DNA from: Candidatus Latescibacterota bacterium
GTDB lineage: Bacteria > Latescibacterota > UBA2968
Direction: 5' to 3'
Length of the DNA: 64,000 bases
NCBI GenBank assembly: GCA_965204745.1
Contig: OZ242010.1
Span: 2,112,001-2,176,000 of the forward strand
Made by a program: the position numbers and the translations under genes. Below the pieces are notes generated by a model. The model worked only from the letters and a program-made list of their open reading frames with translations. It did not search any database and had not been told where the DNA came from. Shown one piece after another: positions 40,893-50,925 of the stretch (positions are counted from its first letter, which is position 1; each line of letters begins with the position of its first letter).

Positions 40893-41025
40893 CCTTCTCA
40901 CTTCTCGCGTCTCGCCTTTGAACGGCCTATCGCCAGTTGTACCCCTTTTGTGCCTTTTGTGCCTTTTGTGGCTAAACTTCTATCGCCAGTTGTACACCGC
41001 TCGTGGCTAAACTTCCATCTCCCTC
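40893..41025 (-). repeat. Composite repeat copy
   Basis: TTTTGTGCC 9-mer repeats, GTGGCTAAA, CGCCAGTTGTAC modules and heptamers between convergent gatC and SDR. Confidence 0.85.
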
Positions 41026-41037
41026 CTCGCCGCCAAC

Positions 41038-41805
41038 TTAAAGCCTGTGCATGTGGAATCCGCCATCGACCGGAATGGCTGCGCCGGTTGTGAAATCGAA
41101 ATATCCAAGGGCGATGGCTGCGACTGCTTTGCCAATGTCTTCGGGTTGTCCCCACCTGCAAATGGGGGTTAGCCCGTCGGCGATCAGGGCGTCGTATTTT
41201 TTTTTGACTGGCCCGGTCATGTCGGTCTGGATAATCCCCGGTTGAATCTCATTGACCGGGATGCCGTGTTCTGCGAGGCGGGTGGCGAACAAGCGCGTCA
41301 TCATGCTCAATCCGGCTTTTGAGACGCAGTATTCCCCGCGCGCTGTGGATGCGGTATAAGCCGAGATGGACGTAATGACGACAATGCGCGGCGTCTGAAT
41401 TTGACCGCGTTTTTTCAGCGCGATCATGTGGTTTGCCGCGTATTGGGTCAAAAAATATGGGCCTTTGAGGTTGGTATCCATCACCTCTTCGTAGCTTTCG
41501 GTCGTGGATTCGAGGATGTCGGCGCGTACCCGCGGGGCAATGCCGGCATTGTTGACGAGCATATCCAAGCGACCAAATCCATCGAGCGTCGCATCCACGA
41601 GGCGTTTGCCGTCTTCGATGCGCGTTATATCGCCCTGACAAATCCGGACGTTTCGCCCGCGTTCCCGAATCCCGGCTGCGGTTTCTTCTGCGGCTGCTCG
41701 GTTGCCCGCGTAGTTGACCAAAATGTCGTAGCCCACATCGGCGAGGCAAAATGCAATGCCCCTGCCAATGCCCCTGCTAGATCCCGTGACGAGTGCTGCT
41801 GGCAT
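41038..41805 (-). CDS. Short-chain dehydrogenase/reductase (3-ketoacyl-ACP reductase-like)
   Basis: TGSSRGIG, NNAG, YCVSK, PG.I.TDM. Confidence 0.9.
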   Translation of the reverse strand: MPAALVTGSSRGIGRGIAFCLADVGYDILVNYAGNRAAAEETAAGIRERGRNVRICQGDITRIEDGKRLVDATLDGFGRLDMLVNNAGIAPRVRADILESTTESYEEVMDTNLKGPYFLTQYAANHMIALKKRGQIQTPRIVVITSISAYTASTARGEYCVSKAGLSMMTRLFATRLAEHGIPVNEIQPGIIQTDMTGPVKKKYDALIADGLTPICRWGQPEDIGKAVAAIALGYFDFTTGAAIPVDGGFHMHRL

Positions 41806-42015
41806 GTGCCCTCCCTTTTGCTGTTTGTCCAAAGTCTCTTCTCGTAAAATACCACATTGGGCGACAAGTGCAATGTATCGGCAGGCCCCATCCATGCCGC
41901 CGATTCGGTTGACAAATGGGCTTCCCGTGATTATACATGGGCGCAGTTGCACTCGGCGTTTTAATAAAGTGCGTTCCGGTAAAATACGTAACATCACTTA
42001 AAGGGGGATTTCGAG

Positions 42016-42396
42016 ATGAAATTTACCGCAGTGTACGGAAAAATCCCCGAAGGATACATCGGATTTGTCGCAGAATTGCCCGGTGCCAATACGCGGGGAA
42101 AAACGCTTGAAGAAGTTAGGGTAAATATCCGAGAGGCCATTGCGACGACGCTTGAGGCCAATCGCCAGATCGCGGCGGAAGCTCTTGAGGACATTCAAGA
42201 TGTGATTTACGAGTCTGTTTTTGTTCAGACAAAACACATTAGTCCGCCTACGCGAAGCGGTCAAATAGCCTCTGAAATCATTGACCAAAATAGCATAAAA
42301 AAAGGATACGCGATTCTCGATGAGATGGTCGGCTTCTGCGAATCGGACCAAACCGATGGCTCTGTCAAGTCGTTGGTTGCCTCGGATTTTGATTGA
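42016..42396 (+). CDS. HicB-like antitoxin with C-terminal extension
   Basis: YIGFVAELPGANTRGKTLEEVRVNIREAI. Confidence 0.75.
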   Translation: MKFTAVYGKIPEGYIGFVAELPGANTRGKTLEEVRVNIREAIATTLEANRQIAAEALEDIQDVIYESVFVQTKHISPPTRSGQIASEIIDQNSIKKGYAILDEMVGFCESDQTDGSVKSLVASDFD

Positions 42397-42409
42397 GAAA
42401 GGAAAACGG

Positions 42410-43153
42410 ATGCCTCGTGGTCGGTGTCATTTTGCGTTGTTGCTCGAATTGCAGGCGCGTCTGGTCCATGAAGTGCCGGAGTTGGGCGCATTAACGGCGC
42501 GCTATTTGCCGGAATTTCTGGCCGGGTCTATGGCGCCAGATGCGATGCGTTCGCTGGGCAATTTGGGCAAGTACGGGTCGCATTTTTACACGGAAGACCG
42601 CCCCGAGACCTGGGGCAAATCCGTGTCCGGCATGTTTGAAGCGCATCCCGAGCTCGCCGATAGCCAAACCTTGTCCGCGCCTGACCGCGTGTTGCTGATG
42701 GGGTATATCTCGCATCTGACCGCGGATGAGGCGTTTCGGGACGAAGTGACCATTCGCGTCCACGGCATTGAAGACTGGCGGCCCATTATTGGCGGATTGT
42801 GGTCTTATGTGGATGAGTTGCCCATCGATCATTCGAACCTCAGCCGTGTGCTGGATCGATTTGCTGGCTGTGGAAACGTGGGCTTTATCGACCGAAAAAC
42901 CACCGGTCGGTTTTTGAGACGCGCCCGCGATTGGGCCAAGAGTGCGGACCCGCTCGTTCACGAGCGGGTCTTTCTCGAGATGACCGGGCAGTCCATGTCC
43001 GATGCGGATGTGAAAAAGCGTCTCGCTGAAAACCGCGCACGGGCAGAGGCGTTTTTCGATGCGCGTGTCAAATCGCGCTTTGTCGCTGAGGCCCTCGCAC
43101 GCGCACACGATGAGATCGAGAAATTTGTCACTCGGGCTTATATAAAAAAATAG
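42410..43153 (+). CDS. Zn-dependent phospholipase C-like hypothetical protein
   Basis: N-terminal H, GS.APD, SHF, GY.SHL.AD metal motifs. Confidence 0.65.
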   Translation: MPRGRCHFALLLELQARLVHEVPELGALTARYLPEFLAGSMAPDAMRSLGNLGKYGSHFYTEDRPETWGKSVSGMFEAHPELADSQTLSAPDRVLLMGYISHLTADEAFRDEVTIRVHGIEDWRPIIGGLWSYVDELPIDHSNLSRVLDRFAGCGNVGFIDRKTTGRFLRRARDWAKSADPLVHERVFLEMTGQSMSDADVKKRLAENRARAEAFFDARVKSRFVAEALARAHDEIEKFVTRAYIKK

Positions 43154-43161
43154 CTCATCTG

Positions 43162-43188
43162 ACGGGCACGGGGCATCGCCCCTACACC
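43162..43188 (-). repeat. Stand-alone GTAG-type REP
   Basis: Reverse complement GTGTAGGGGCGATGCCCCGTGCCCGT. Confidence 0.7.
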
Positions 43189-43206
43189 CATTGCCGACCG
43201 CTGACC

Positions 43207-44319
43207 ATGAAAACGACCCACGAAATACATTATCGAAACGCGAGTAATTTGGGGAACATCCCTTCGGAAAGCGTGGATTTGGTGGTCACGTCGCCGCCGT
43301 ATCCCATGATCGCCATGTGGGATCAGGTGTTTGGTAGCCAAGACGCAACGATCCAAAAGGCATTGCACGCCGGCGATGGCATGCGGGCATATCGGTTGAT
43401 GCACGCGATCCTCGATTCGGTATGGGACGAGGTGTTCAGGGTCTTAAAGCCCGGTCGGTTTGCCTGCATCAATATCGGGGATGCAACGCGGAAACTCGGG
43501 GATGATTTTTGTCTGTATCCCAACCACGCGCGCATTTTGAATGCCCTCTTAGACATTGGATTTTCCGCACTGCCCGATATCCTCTGGCGAAAACAGACCA
43601 ATGCCCCCAATAAATTCATGGGATCGGGGATGCTGCCGGCCGGGGCTTACGTGACGCTGGAACACGAATACCTCCTCATCGTGCGAAAAGGCTCCAAACG
43701 GGAATTTATGACCGAAGCGGAAAAACAGAACCGGCGCGAAAGCGCGTTGTTTTGGGAAGAGAGAAATGTCTGGTATTCGGATATTTGGCTGGATATTCAA
43801 GGCGCCTGCCAGCGGCTTTCCGATGAGGTATCGCGCTTGCGGAGTGCGGCATTTCCATTTGAGTTGGCCTACCGCCTGATCAATATGTACTCGGTGAAAG
43901 GCGATGTGATCCTCGATCCATTTTTGGGCACGGGCACCGCGATAGCGGCTGCGATGGCTTCTGCGCGCAACAGCATCGGCGTTGAAATCGACCGCAGTTT
44001 TCAACACGCGATTCGCCCGCTCGCCCATCGCATTATGGATTTTTCAAATGGTTACTCGCGCGACCGGTTGCATAGACATTTCGCGTTTGTCGAAGATCGG
44101 CTTCAAACGTCAGGGCCATTGAAATACGCGAACGAGCATTACGGCTGTCCGGTTGTGACGCGCCAAGAACAACATATTTTGTTCAATGATTTGGAGGCTG
44201 TTCAAGAAAGGGACGACGGTAGCTTTGAAGTGGCGTATTCAGAAACCCCTCAAGACATGGCGTATTCTGAACCGGAAAACCACAGCACACCGCAACTCAA
44301 TCTGTTAAATGCGCGGTGA
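43207..44319 (+). CDS. N4-cytosine/N6-adenine DNA methyltransferase (beta class)
   Basis: VTSPPY precedes DPFLGTGT. Confidence 0.9.
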   Translation: MKTTHEIHYRNASNLGNIPSESVDLVVTSPPYPMIAMWDQVFGSQDATIQKALHAGDGMRAYRLMHAILDSVWDEVFRVLKPGRFACINIGDATRKLGDDFCLYPNHARILNALLDIGFSALPDILWRKQTNAPNKFMGSGMLPAGAYVTLEHEYLLIVRKGSKREFMTEAEKQNRRESALFWEERNVWYSDIWLDIQGACQRLSDEVSRLRSAAFPFELAYRLINMYSVKGDVILDPFLGTGTAIAAAMASARNSIGVEIDRSFQHAIRPLAHRIMDFSNGYSRDRLHRHFAFVEDRLQTSGPLKYANEHYGCPVVTRQEQHILFNDLEAVQERDDGSFEVAYSETPQDMAYSEPENHSTPQLNLLNAR

Positions 44320-44347
44320 TTCCCTATTCTGCGAAGGAGGGTTATCT

Positions 44348-44923
44348 ATGCAGATCAAATTGAAAAATGCCGAGATACAAGAATACGTAAGCGCGCCTGT
44401 CCGCGAATTTCCAAAGTACACGACGCAGTTGATGAATCTCGCCAATCAAAATTCCCAGGGCACGCGACCAAAAGTTGTCGGACAACTGACCGATTTGATT
44501 CAAAAATTTCCGGGACAAACTTTCGAAGAATGGGTTGTGTGGTATCGGGAACAATATCCCGATGCGATTGACAACGCGACAGACAAAATCATCTCAATGA
44601 TAGAAAATTTCCATGTGGTCTTTCCCAAAATTGACCGAGATCTGGTTAGGTCATGGGTGGAGGATCTGGTGCTCGTCAAGACTTTTACCGGGCTCAAATT
44701 TCAGGAGGCAATTCTGAGAAAGGTATCCGAACTGAAAGGTTGCGACTACCGCTTGGCAGAACCCTATGAAGAATCCCAAGGCATAGATGGTTTCGTAGGC
44801 GAAGAAGCGTATTCGATCAAGCCCCACACCTATCGCGCCATGCCTAGTTTGGCGGAATCCATTGAGATAAAGATCATTTTTTACGAAAAAAAGAAGGACG
44901 GTGTGATAGTTGAAATACCATAG
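44348..44923 (+). CDS. MjaI-family type II restriction endonuclease
   Basis: FPKYTTQLMNLANQNSQGTRPKVVGQ, GIDG..SIKP; directly follows the MTase. Confidence 0.8.
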   Translation: MQIKLKNAEIQEYVSAPVREFPKYTTQLMNLANQNSQGTRPKVVGQLTDLIQKFPGQTFEEWVVWYREQYPDAIDNATDKIISMIENFHVVFPKIDRDLVRSWVEDLVLVKTFTGLKFQEAILRKVSELKGCDYRLAEPYEESQGIDGFVGEEAYSIKPHTYRAMPSLAESIEIKIIFYEKKKDGVIVEIP

Positions 44924-45025
44924 CTCACGCTTTCGGATCTGCCCCTTGCTTTTAACACACAAGGGCATGTTTTCGCCAGAATGACAGCGGCAGGATACCT
45001 CGCCTTTCCCGTCTCCCCTCTTGCC

Positions 45026-45123
45026 TCTCACTTCTCACTTCTCACCTCTCACTTCTCACCTCTCACTTCTCACCTCTCACTTCTCACCTCTCACTTCTCA
45101 CCTCTCACTTCTCACCTCTTACC
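45026..45123. repeat. Heptamer tandem array (TCTCAC[T/C]) x13 plus one variant unit
   Basis: Direct inspection; alternating T/C gives a 14-bp higher-order period. Confidence 0.95.
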
Positions 45124-46032
45124 CCCGGGCCGGGCGGCCGGGCGGGGACTGACACTACCCTTATCCATCTCCTCCCGGTCAATCCACCCCGGCAATTTGA
45201 TCTTTTCGGACATCTGCCACGCGGTCAAATAGAGGGCGATTGTGAAGCGGGCGGCTTCCTTGCCCTGTTCTTCGGCGAAGGCGCGCACCGCGGGTTCGGT
45301 TTTCCAATCCGCGTCTTTGGGCACGAGGTATTGTTCCAGTGCGAGGGCGGTGTCAACCGCTTTGGAACGCGCGTGCATCTGTGCCACAATGCCGGGCATC
45401 AAACTATCCACGGGCGCGGCGGTCAAGCCTTGTGCAAGGGCTTCTGGATCGAGGTCTAAATTTTGGAGCAGGCCGTCGATTTTCTCGTGCATGCGCGTGC
45501 GCGATGGTTCGCCATCCACAACGCGGCCGTTCCAGTGAATCGTCAGGTTGAGGGGTTGGCAAATCTCCTGGGCAAAGTGCGCGACATACCCGGCGTATAG
45601 CAAGCACTTGGTTTGGATAAACACATTCTCCGGCCACTTGCGGTACTCGGCAAATGCCAAGGCGAGTTGCTCGGTGGCTTCTGCGGTTGCGTAGGGCAGG
45701 AGCCCGACCTGCTCGGGCTTTTTGCCCAACTCGGCGCAACGCCTTCCAAACGCGAACCGAGACGCGGGCAAATCCCGTGCGTCAAACAGTTCTAGGTTGA
45801 AATAGTGGCTGGGATGCCCGGCCCGTTCCAAATGCAGGGTGCCGCGATTTTTGGCGATATCGGGATCGACTGCGGCGTGGGCCACTATGCCCGCGCCATC
45901 CCGCAAAAAAGACGGCATCTCGGGCGGCAATGCCCGAAGCGCGGCATGCGTCAAAATGCCATGCCCGCGCGGCCACCAACCCCATGCCGGACTTGCAACG
46001 ACAAACAGCACGAACAACACCAAGTAATGCAT
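45112..46032 (-). CDS. Secreted phospholipase C / S1-P1 nuclease-like protein
   Basis: Signal peptide followed by WW..GH; PD, HY.N.E, H...E..QPL..T.H. Confidence 0.65.
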   Translation of the reverse strand: MHYLVLFVLFVVASPAWGWWPRGHGILTHAALRALPPEMPSFLRDGAGIVAHAAVDPDIAKNRGTLHLERAGHPSHYFNLELFDARDLPASRFAFGRRCAELGKKPEQVGLLPYATAEATEQLALAFAEYRKWPENVFIQTKCLLYAGYVAHFAQEICQPLNLTIHWNGRVVDGEPSRTRMHEKIDGLLQNLDLDPEALAQGLTAAPVDSLMPGIVAQMHARSKAVDTALALEQYLVPKDADWKTEPAVRAFAEEQGKEAARFTIALYLTAWQMSEKIKLPGWIDREEMDKGSVSPRPAARPGGKR

Positions 46033-46312
46033 GATGACCTCCTCGTTCCGTCTAACGCCCGTCCCATTCCTCGCGTTTGACATAGTCGGCAATTTGCAAC
46101 TGCGCGGACAATCGCCACGCGGTCAAGTAAAGCCGTGCCGTGAATCGCGTTGCAGCGCGGGCGCGATCTTCTGCAAATGCGACCACCTCGGCATCTCGTT
46201 CCCAGGTTTCCGCGTCGTATTCGGGATTGCGCCGAGAAAAATAAAAATAGCGGATCGTTTGATCATAACGCCTCCAATCAGTTGGCAGGCCGCCCCGCCA
46301 TTCAACCCCGCA

Positions 46313-46570
46313 AGTGAGACGTGAGAGGCAAGAGGCAAGAGGGGAGATGGTAGTTTAGCCACAAAAGGCACAAAAGGCACAAAAGGGGTACATGGCGACA
46401 GCCAGTTCAAAGGCGAGCCGTGTGTGTAGGGGCGGTGCCCCTGTGCTCGCCCAAAGATACAAGAGGGGAGAGGGGTGGCCTTCTCACGTCTTGCCTCTCC
46501 CTTCTCACCTTTTTACGCGGTGCCCCTGTGCTCGCCCAAAGATAAGAAGCGAGACGCAAAAGGCAAGGGC
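46313..46570 (+). repeat. Composite repeat copy downstream of tRNA-Sec
   Basis: Heptamers + TTTAGCCAC(AAAAGGCAC)2 + GCCAGTTCAAAGG + one full and one partial REP. Confidence 0.88.
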
Positions 46571-46629
46571 GGGGTCATACATACATAAAGACAGCGGAGA
46601 AACGCATCGGGTTTCTCCGCTTGTAGAAT

Positions 46630-46727
46630 TGGCGGGAATGTGTGGGAATCGAACCCACCAAGCGTGGGGTTAGCACGCAACAACGGGTTTGAAGCCCGCG
46701 GGGGACACCAGTTCCCCATCCACTCCC
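46630..46727 (-). tRNA. selC: tRNA-Sec (anticodon TCA)
   Basis: GGGAGTGG...GCGGG-CTTCAAA-CCCGT, long variable arm, GGTTCGATTCC, ends GCCA; adjacent to selD. Confidence 0.93.
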
Positions 46728-46739
46728 GCCTTTTTGGGT

Positions 46740-47789
46740 TTAGGCCACGACCTCGATTTCACCGGGATGTTCTGCCACTGCTTCGCCAATATGCTTTGCC
46801 ATCACCCCTTTGGCGATGAGGGCGTTAAGGAACGCATCTGCCACGGCTGGCGCGAATGCGATCAGCAGGCCGCCCGAGGTTTGCGGATCGAAAAACAGTC
46901 GGCGCAACGGCTCATCGACCTCGGCGGCAAAGCGCACGGCTCGGCCGCGTGCGGCCCGGTTGCGGCGTAGCCCGCCGCCTTCGCGGTGCACGGCGATTTT
47001 CACCGCCAAATCAAAGCGCGGCACTTCGGACGCCCGGATGCGAAGGCCGACCGCGCTGGCCCGCGCCATTTCCAAGCCGTGCCCGAGCAAGCCAAATCCG
47101 GTGATGTCCGTGCAGGCGTGCGCGCCATACGCGACCATGGTCTCGGCGGCGACGCGATTCAGTTGCACCATCGCATCGACGGCGATTTGCAAATCCGCTT
47201 CGGAGATTTCGCCATTTTGATAGGCGTCTGACATGAGGCCCGTGCCCAAGGGTTTGGTCAAAATCAGAAGGTCGCCTGCCCGCGCGCCCGCATTGGTCTT
47301 GATCTCGTCTGGATGCGCGATACCTGTGACGGACAATCCGAACTTGGGTTCTACATCTTCCACCGAGTGCCCGCCGACGAGCACGGCGCCGGATTCCGCT
47401 ACTTTTTCCTGCGCGCCGCGCAAAATTTCCGCAATTACCTCGGGTGTGACCGCGTCGCTGGGAAACCCGCAGATATTCAGCGCGGTGACGGGACGTCCGC
47501 CCATCGCGTACACGTCGCTGAGCGAATTGGCCGCGGCGATCTGCCCGTATTGATGGGGATCATCGACAATGGGCGTGAAAAAATCCACTGTTTGAATGAG
47601 TGCCATCTCATCCGAGATCCGAAACACGCCCGCGTCGTCAGCCGTGTTCATCCCCACCATCAAATCGGGATGCGCGACTTGGGGCACGGTTTTCAAAATT
47701 GCGTCCAGCACCGCTGGATCGAGCTTGGACGCTCACCCCCCGCAACTGACCAGTTGCGTCAATTTCTTTGCGCGATTCCGCCATTTCAT
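46740..47789 (-). CDS. selD: Selenide, water dikinase, selenocysteine-containing (UGA codon 19 at 47733-47735)
   Basis: MKWRNRAKKLTQLVSCGG-UGA-ASKL in frame with DDAGV, TVDFF.P, ANSLSDVYAMGG, DITGFGL.GH, DPQTSGGLL. Confidence 0.93.
47699..47732 (-). promoter_or_regulatory. Putative bacterial SECIS element
   Basis: Directly 3' of UGA: GCGTCCAAGCTCGA-TCCAGC-GGT-GCTGGA-CGC, a hairpin with GGU apical loop. Confidence 0.6.
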
Positions 47790-47802
47790 TTGTCGATAGC
47801 CT

Positions 47803-48762
47803 CTATCCGTAAAGATGTGCCACGTATTCGCCGTAGCCATTGTAGAGTTGGGTGGGGACGCGGTCAGTCGTGCCGATCAGGCGTTCGGTTGCTTGGGACC
47901 AGCGCGGGTGTGGGATGTTGGGGTTGACGTTGGCCCAGAAGTCGTATTCCGCGGGCGCCAGTTTGTTCCAAAACGTGGGGGGTTGCTGTTTGGTGAACGC
48001 GATCTTCACAATGGACTTGATGCTCTTGAACCCGTATTTCCAAGGCGTGACCAAGCGAATGGGCGCGCCGTGTTGTTTGGGCAAGGCGTGACCGTAGATG
48101 CCCGTGGCGAGCAAGGTCAGTTCATTTGTGGCTTCTTCCATCGTCAGCCCCTCGAAATACGGCCACGGGTACCACGACTGCGCTTTGATGCCCGGCGCTT
48201 GTTCTGGGCGGTGGAACGTCACCATCCGCACGTACTTGGCCGCGGAGGTGGGTTGGACGTAGTCGATCAACGCCTTCATGGGAAAGCCGGTCCACGGCAC
48301 GGTCATGGCCCAGGCTTCCACGCACCGGAAGCGGTACACGCGCTCTTCCAACTCAAAGCGTTTGTACAAATCATCGAGATCGTAAGTGCCGGGTTTTTCC
48401 ACAAATCCCGAAATCTCGATCTGCCAGGGATGGACTTCAAATTTGTCCGTCAACTCGTGGACCTTGCCCTTGTTGGTGGTAAATTCGTAAAAATTATTGT
48501 AGCGCGCGGCGACCTTCTCCCGCGTCAATTCCCGCGTCACAGTGTACTTCTCATTGCGCGTTGCCGGATACAAGCCCGGCAACGAGGGGGGCACTTCCAC
48601 CACAAACTCGTCTTCTGCTGCGGCACAGCCGGGGCCGAGAACCGCGCTCGCGCCTGCAACGCCCATCGCCTGCATAAACCGCCGGCGATTCATGTACACC
48701 TGTTCGGCCGTAGCCGCGCTTTCGGGCAGGTGCCAGCCTTTGGGAATGTGGATAAACGCCAT
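47803..48762 (-). CDS. msrP: Protein-methionine-sulfoxide reductase catalytic subunit
   Basis: Tat motif NRRRFM, YNNFYEF, RFRCVEAW, PWKYGFKSIKSI. Confidence 0.93.
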   Translation of the reverse strand: MAFIHIPKGWHLPESAATAEQVYMNRRRFMQAMGVAGASAVLGPGCAAAEDEFVVEVPPSLPGLYPATRNEKYTVTRELTREKVAARYNNFYEFTTNKGKVHELTDKFEVHPWQIEISGFVEKPGTYDLDDLYKRFELEERVYRFRCVEAWAMTVPWTGFPMKALIDYVQPTSAAKYVRMVTFHRPEQAPGIKAQSWYPWPYFEGLTMEEATNELTLLATGIYGHALPKQHGAPIRLVTPWKYGFKSIKSIVKIAFTKQQPPTFWNKLAPAEYDFWANVNPNIPHPRWSQATERLIGTTDRVPTQLYNGYGEYVAHLYG

Positions 48763-48783
48763 GTTTGCCTCCGCTGTTTTGGG

Positions 48784-50079
48784 TTACCGCTGATCGATAG
48801 ATACGTAATCGTGCGCATCTTCGCCGGTGTAAATCTGGCGCGGCCGGGCGATTTTTAGGTCGGGATCCCCGAGCATTTCCCTCCACTGCGCCAGCCAGCC
48901 ACACGACCGACCCACGGCGAATAACACGGTCATCATCCGCGTGGGCAAGCCCATGGCCTGATAGATGATCCCAGAATAAAAATCCACATTGGGATACAAG
49001 TTGTGCGACACAAAATAGTCGTTTTCAAGCGCGACCCGCTCCAGTTCGAGCGCGATGTCGATCAGGGGATTTTTGCCCGTGACCTCAAACACATCGTACG
49101 CGACCTGTTTGATGATCTTCGCGCGCGGATCGTAATTGGCGTACACGCGATGTCCAAATCCCTGCAAGCGCAGTTCGCGGTCCGCCACCACGCGGTCGAT
49201 ATAATCCGCCACGTTATCCACCGAGCCGACCTCGTCGAGCATCTTCAGCACGGCCTCATTCGCGCCCCCGTGCGCCGGGCCGTAGAGCGCGGCGGCGGCG
49301 CCGGCCATTGCGGAGTAGGGATCTGCCCCGCCGCTGGCAATGCCGCGCATGGTGCTCGTGGAACAATTTTGCTCGTGATCCGCGTGCAAAATCAGCAACA
49401 CGTCCAACGCGCGCTCGAGAACGGGATCGACCTCGCCGAACAACATCTTCAGAAAGTTGCCGCAAAACCCCAAGTCCGGATCGGGCGGGACATGGGACAG
49501 GCCCGCGCTGCGCCGATGCACGGCCGCGCCCAGACTTGCCACATGGCCGATTAGGCGACAGATATGCCGGTCTTGCGCGTCTTCGGTTGCAAAATCGCGC
49601 ACGTCATCGCAAAACACGGATAGGGACCCCAACGCGCCCACCAGCATGCCCATCGCGTGGCCCCCTACGGGAAATCCTCGGACAAAAGACAGCACATCCT
49701 CTGACACCAGGGTTTGCGAATTGACGCGCTCGGCAAATGCGTTCAACTGATCGCGGGTGGGCAGCGCGCCATAAATCAGCAAATAAGCCACTTCGAGGTA
49801 AGTCGATTGCTCGGCCAGTTGCTCGATGGGATAGCCGCGATAGCGCAAAATCCCCTTTTCCCCGTCGATGTACGTAATCGCGCTTTTGCAAGACGCCGTG
49901 TTGAGATAGGCCGGGTCGTATCCCAAAAGCCCAAAATCCGCGTCCTCGCGTTTGATATTTCGCAAACCCGCTGTCCACACATAAGCGCCGTCTGCGGCAT
50001 ACGTCCCGTAATCGATGGGGAGTTCAAACGGGTTGTCCGTCCGATTATCCGTACCTATAAGCATTTCCTGACGCATCAA
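48784..50079 (-). CDS. gltA: Citrate synthase
   Basis: YDP.Y.NTASC.S.IT, HADHEQNCST, GP.HGGANE, GFGHRVY, YPNVDFYSG. Confidence 0.95.
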   Translation of the reverse strand: MMRQEMLIGTDNRTDNPFELPIDYGTYAADGAYVWTAGLRNIKREDADFGLLGYDPAYLNTASCKSAITYIDGEKGILRYRGYPIEQLAEQSTYLEVAYLLIYGALPTRDQLNAFAERVNSQTLVSEDVLSFVRGFPVGGHAMGMLVGALGSLSVFCDDVRDFATEDAQDRHICRLIGHVASLGAAVHRRSAGLSHVPPDPDLGFCGNFLKMLFGEVDPVLERALDVLLILHADHEQNCSTSTMRGIASGGADPYSAMAGAAAALYGPAHGGANEAVLKMLDEVGSVDNVADYIDRVVADRELRLQGFGHRVYANYDPRAKIIKQVAYDVFEVTGKNPLIDIALELERVALENDYFVSHNLYPNVDFYSGIIYQAMGLPTRMMTVLFAVGRSCGWLAQWREMLGDPDLKIARPRQIYTGEDAHDYVSIDQR

Positions 50080-50100
50080 AAACTCCTTTCAAATCGCGAT

Positions 50101-50727
50101 TTACACCATCACTTGATAGATTGTACACGGGCTGTCACTATCGGGTTGCATCGCATTGACCGCGCTGAAAACCTCTTGCAGTGCGCGATCATAAGTCGCC
50201 TGGCCCGCGCAAAGCGCGAGTGCGCCGCCGGTTCGCAGGCGCGTTTGCAACACGCGCAACATCGACAAACTCGCCACCCGATCTAGCCCGGTGTCGATGT
50301 GCATCGCAATTCCGTGGTAATTGCGCGGCACGGCCCGAACATACCCGCAAAAGTCGCCCAGGACGAGTTCGACCCGCGCATCGTTTAGCAAATCGGCATT
50401 GTTCAAATAGGTGCGGTTCCACGCGACAATGCGCGGTTCGATTTCTATGACGCAAACGGATTGCACGGCGCGGTGTTTGAGCACTTGCCGCAGGGTTCTG
50501 CCAAGGCCAAGCCCGCCGATCAACACGTCTGCATATCGCTGCGTTGCGGGGATGCCACAGAGCGCGAGGTCCGCCAGTGCGATTTCCAAGTTGGATTGGC
50601 TCTGCGCCATCACACACCCATTGATGGAGAGCACATGGTGCGTCTGCGCGCCCACAACAGCCGCTTCGAGCTGAAAATGCCCATTCCGCGTCTGTGCCGA
50701 AGCCAAAATGTGTCGCCCGTTGTCCAT
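50101..50727 (-). CDS. Spermidine synthase-like SAM-dependent methyltransferase
   Basis: VLIGGLGLG.TL, EIEP. Confidence 0.7.
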   Translation of the reverse strand: MDNGRHILASAQTRNGHFQLEAAVVGAQTHHVLSINGCVMAQSQSNLEIALADLALCGIPATQRYADVLIGGLGLGRTLRQVLKHRAVQSVCVIEIEPRIVAWNRTYLNNADLLNDARVELVLGDFCGYVRAVPRNYHGIAMHIDTGLDRVASLSMLRVLQTRLRTGGALALCAGQATYDRALQEVFSAVNAMQPDSDSPCTIYQVMV

Positions 50728-50777
50728 CGCACCCTTTTCGCAACATGCCATTTGAACAGGGCTTACAATATAGAAGC

Positions 50778-50917
50778 GTAAGAGGTAAGACGCAAGACGT
50801 AAGAGGGGAGGCGCAAGAGGGGAGACGCAAGAGGTGAGAGGTGAGACGGGAGAGGTGAGACGGGAGAGGTGAGACGGGAGAGGTGAGACGGGAGAGGTGA
50901 GACGGGAGACGCAAGAA
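50778..50917. repeat. Degenerate heptamer array (G[TGC][AG]AGA[GC]) x ~20
   Basis: Includes (GTGAGACGGGAGAG)n 14-bp higher-order repeats. Confidence 0.9.
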
Positions 50918-50925
50918 GGCCATCG

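Noticed and set aside
45026-45123. Tandem arrays or composite repeats as CRISPR arrays
   Set aside because: No unique spacers of constant length and no cas genes; units are 7-9 bp tandem repeats or irregular modules
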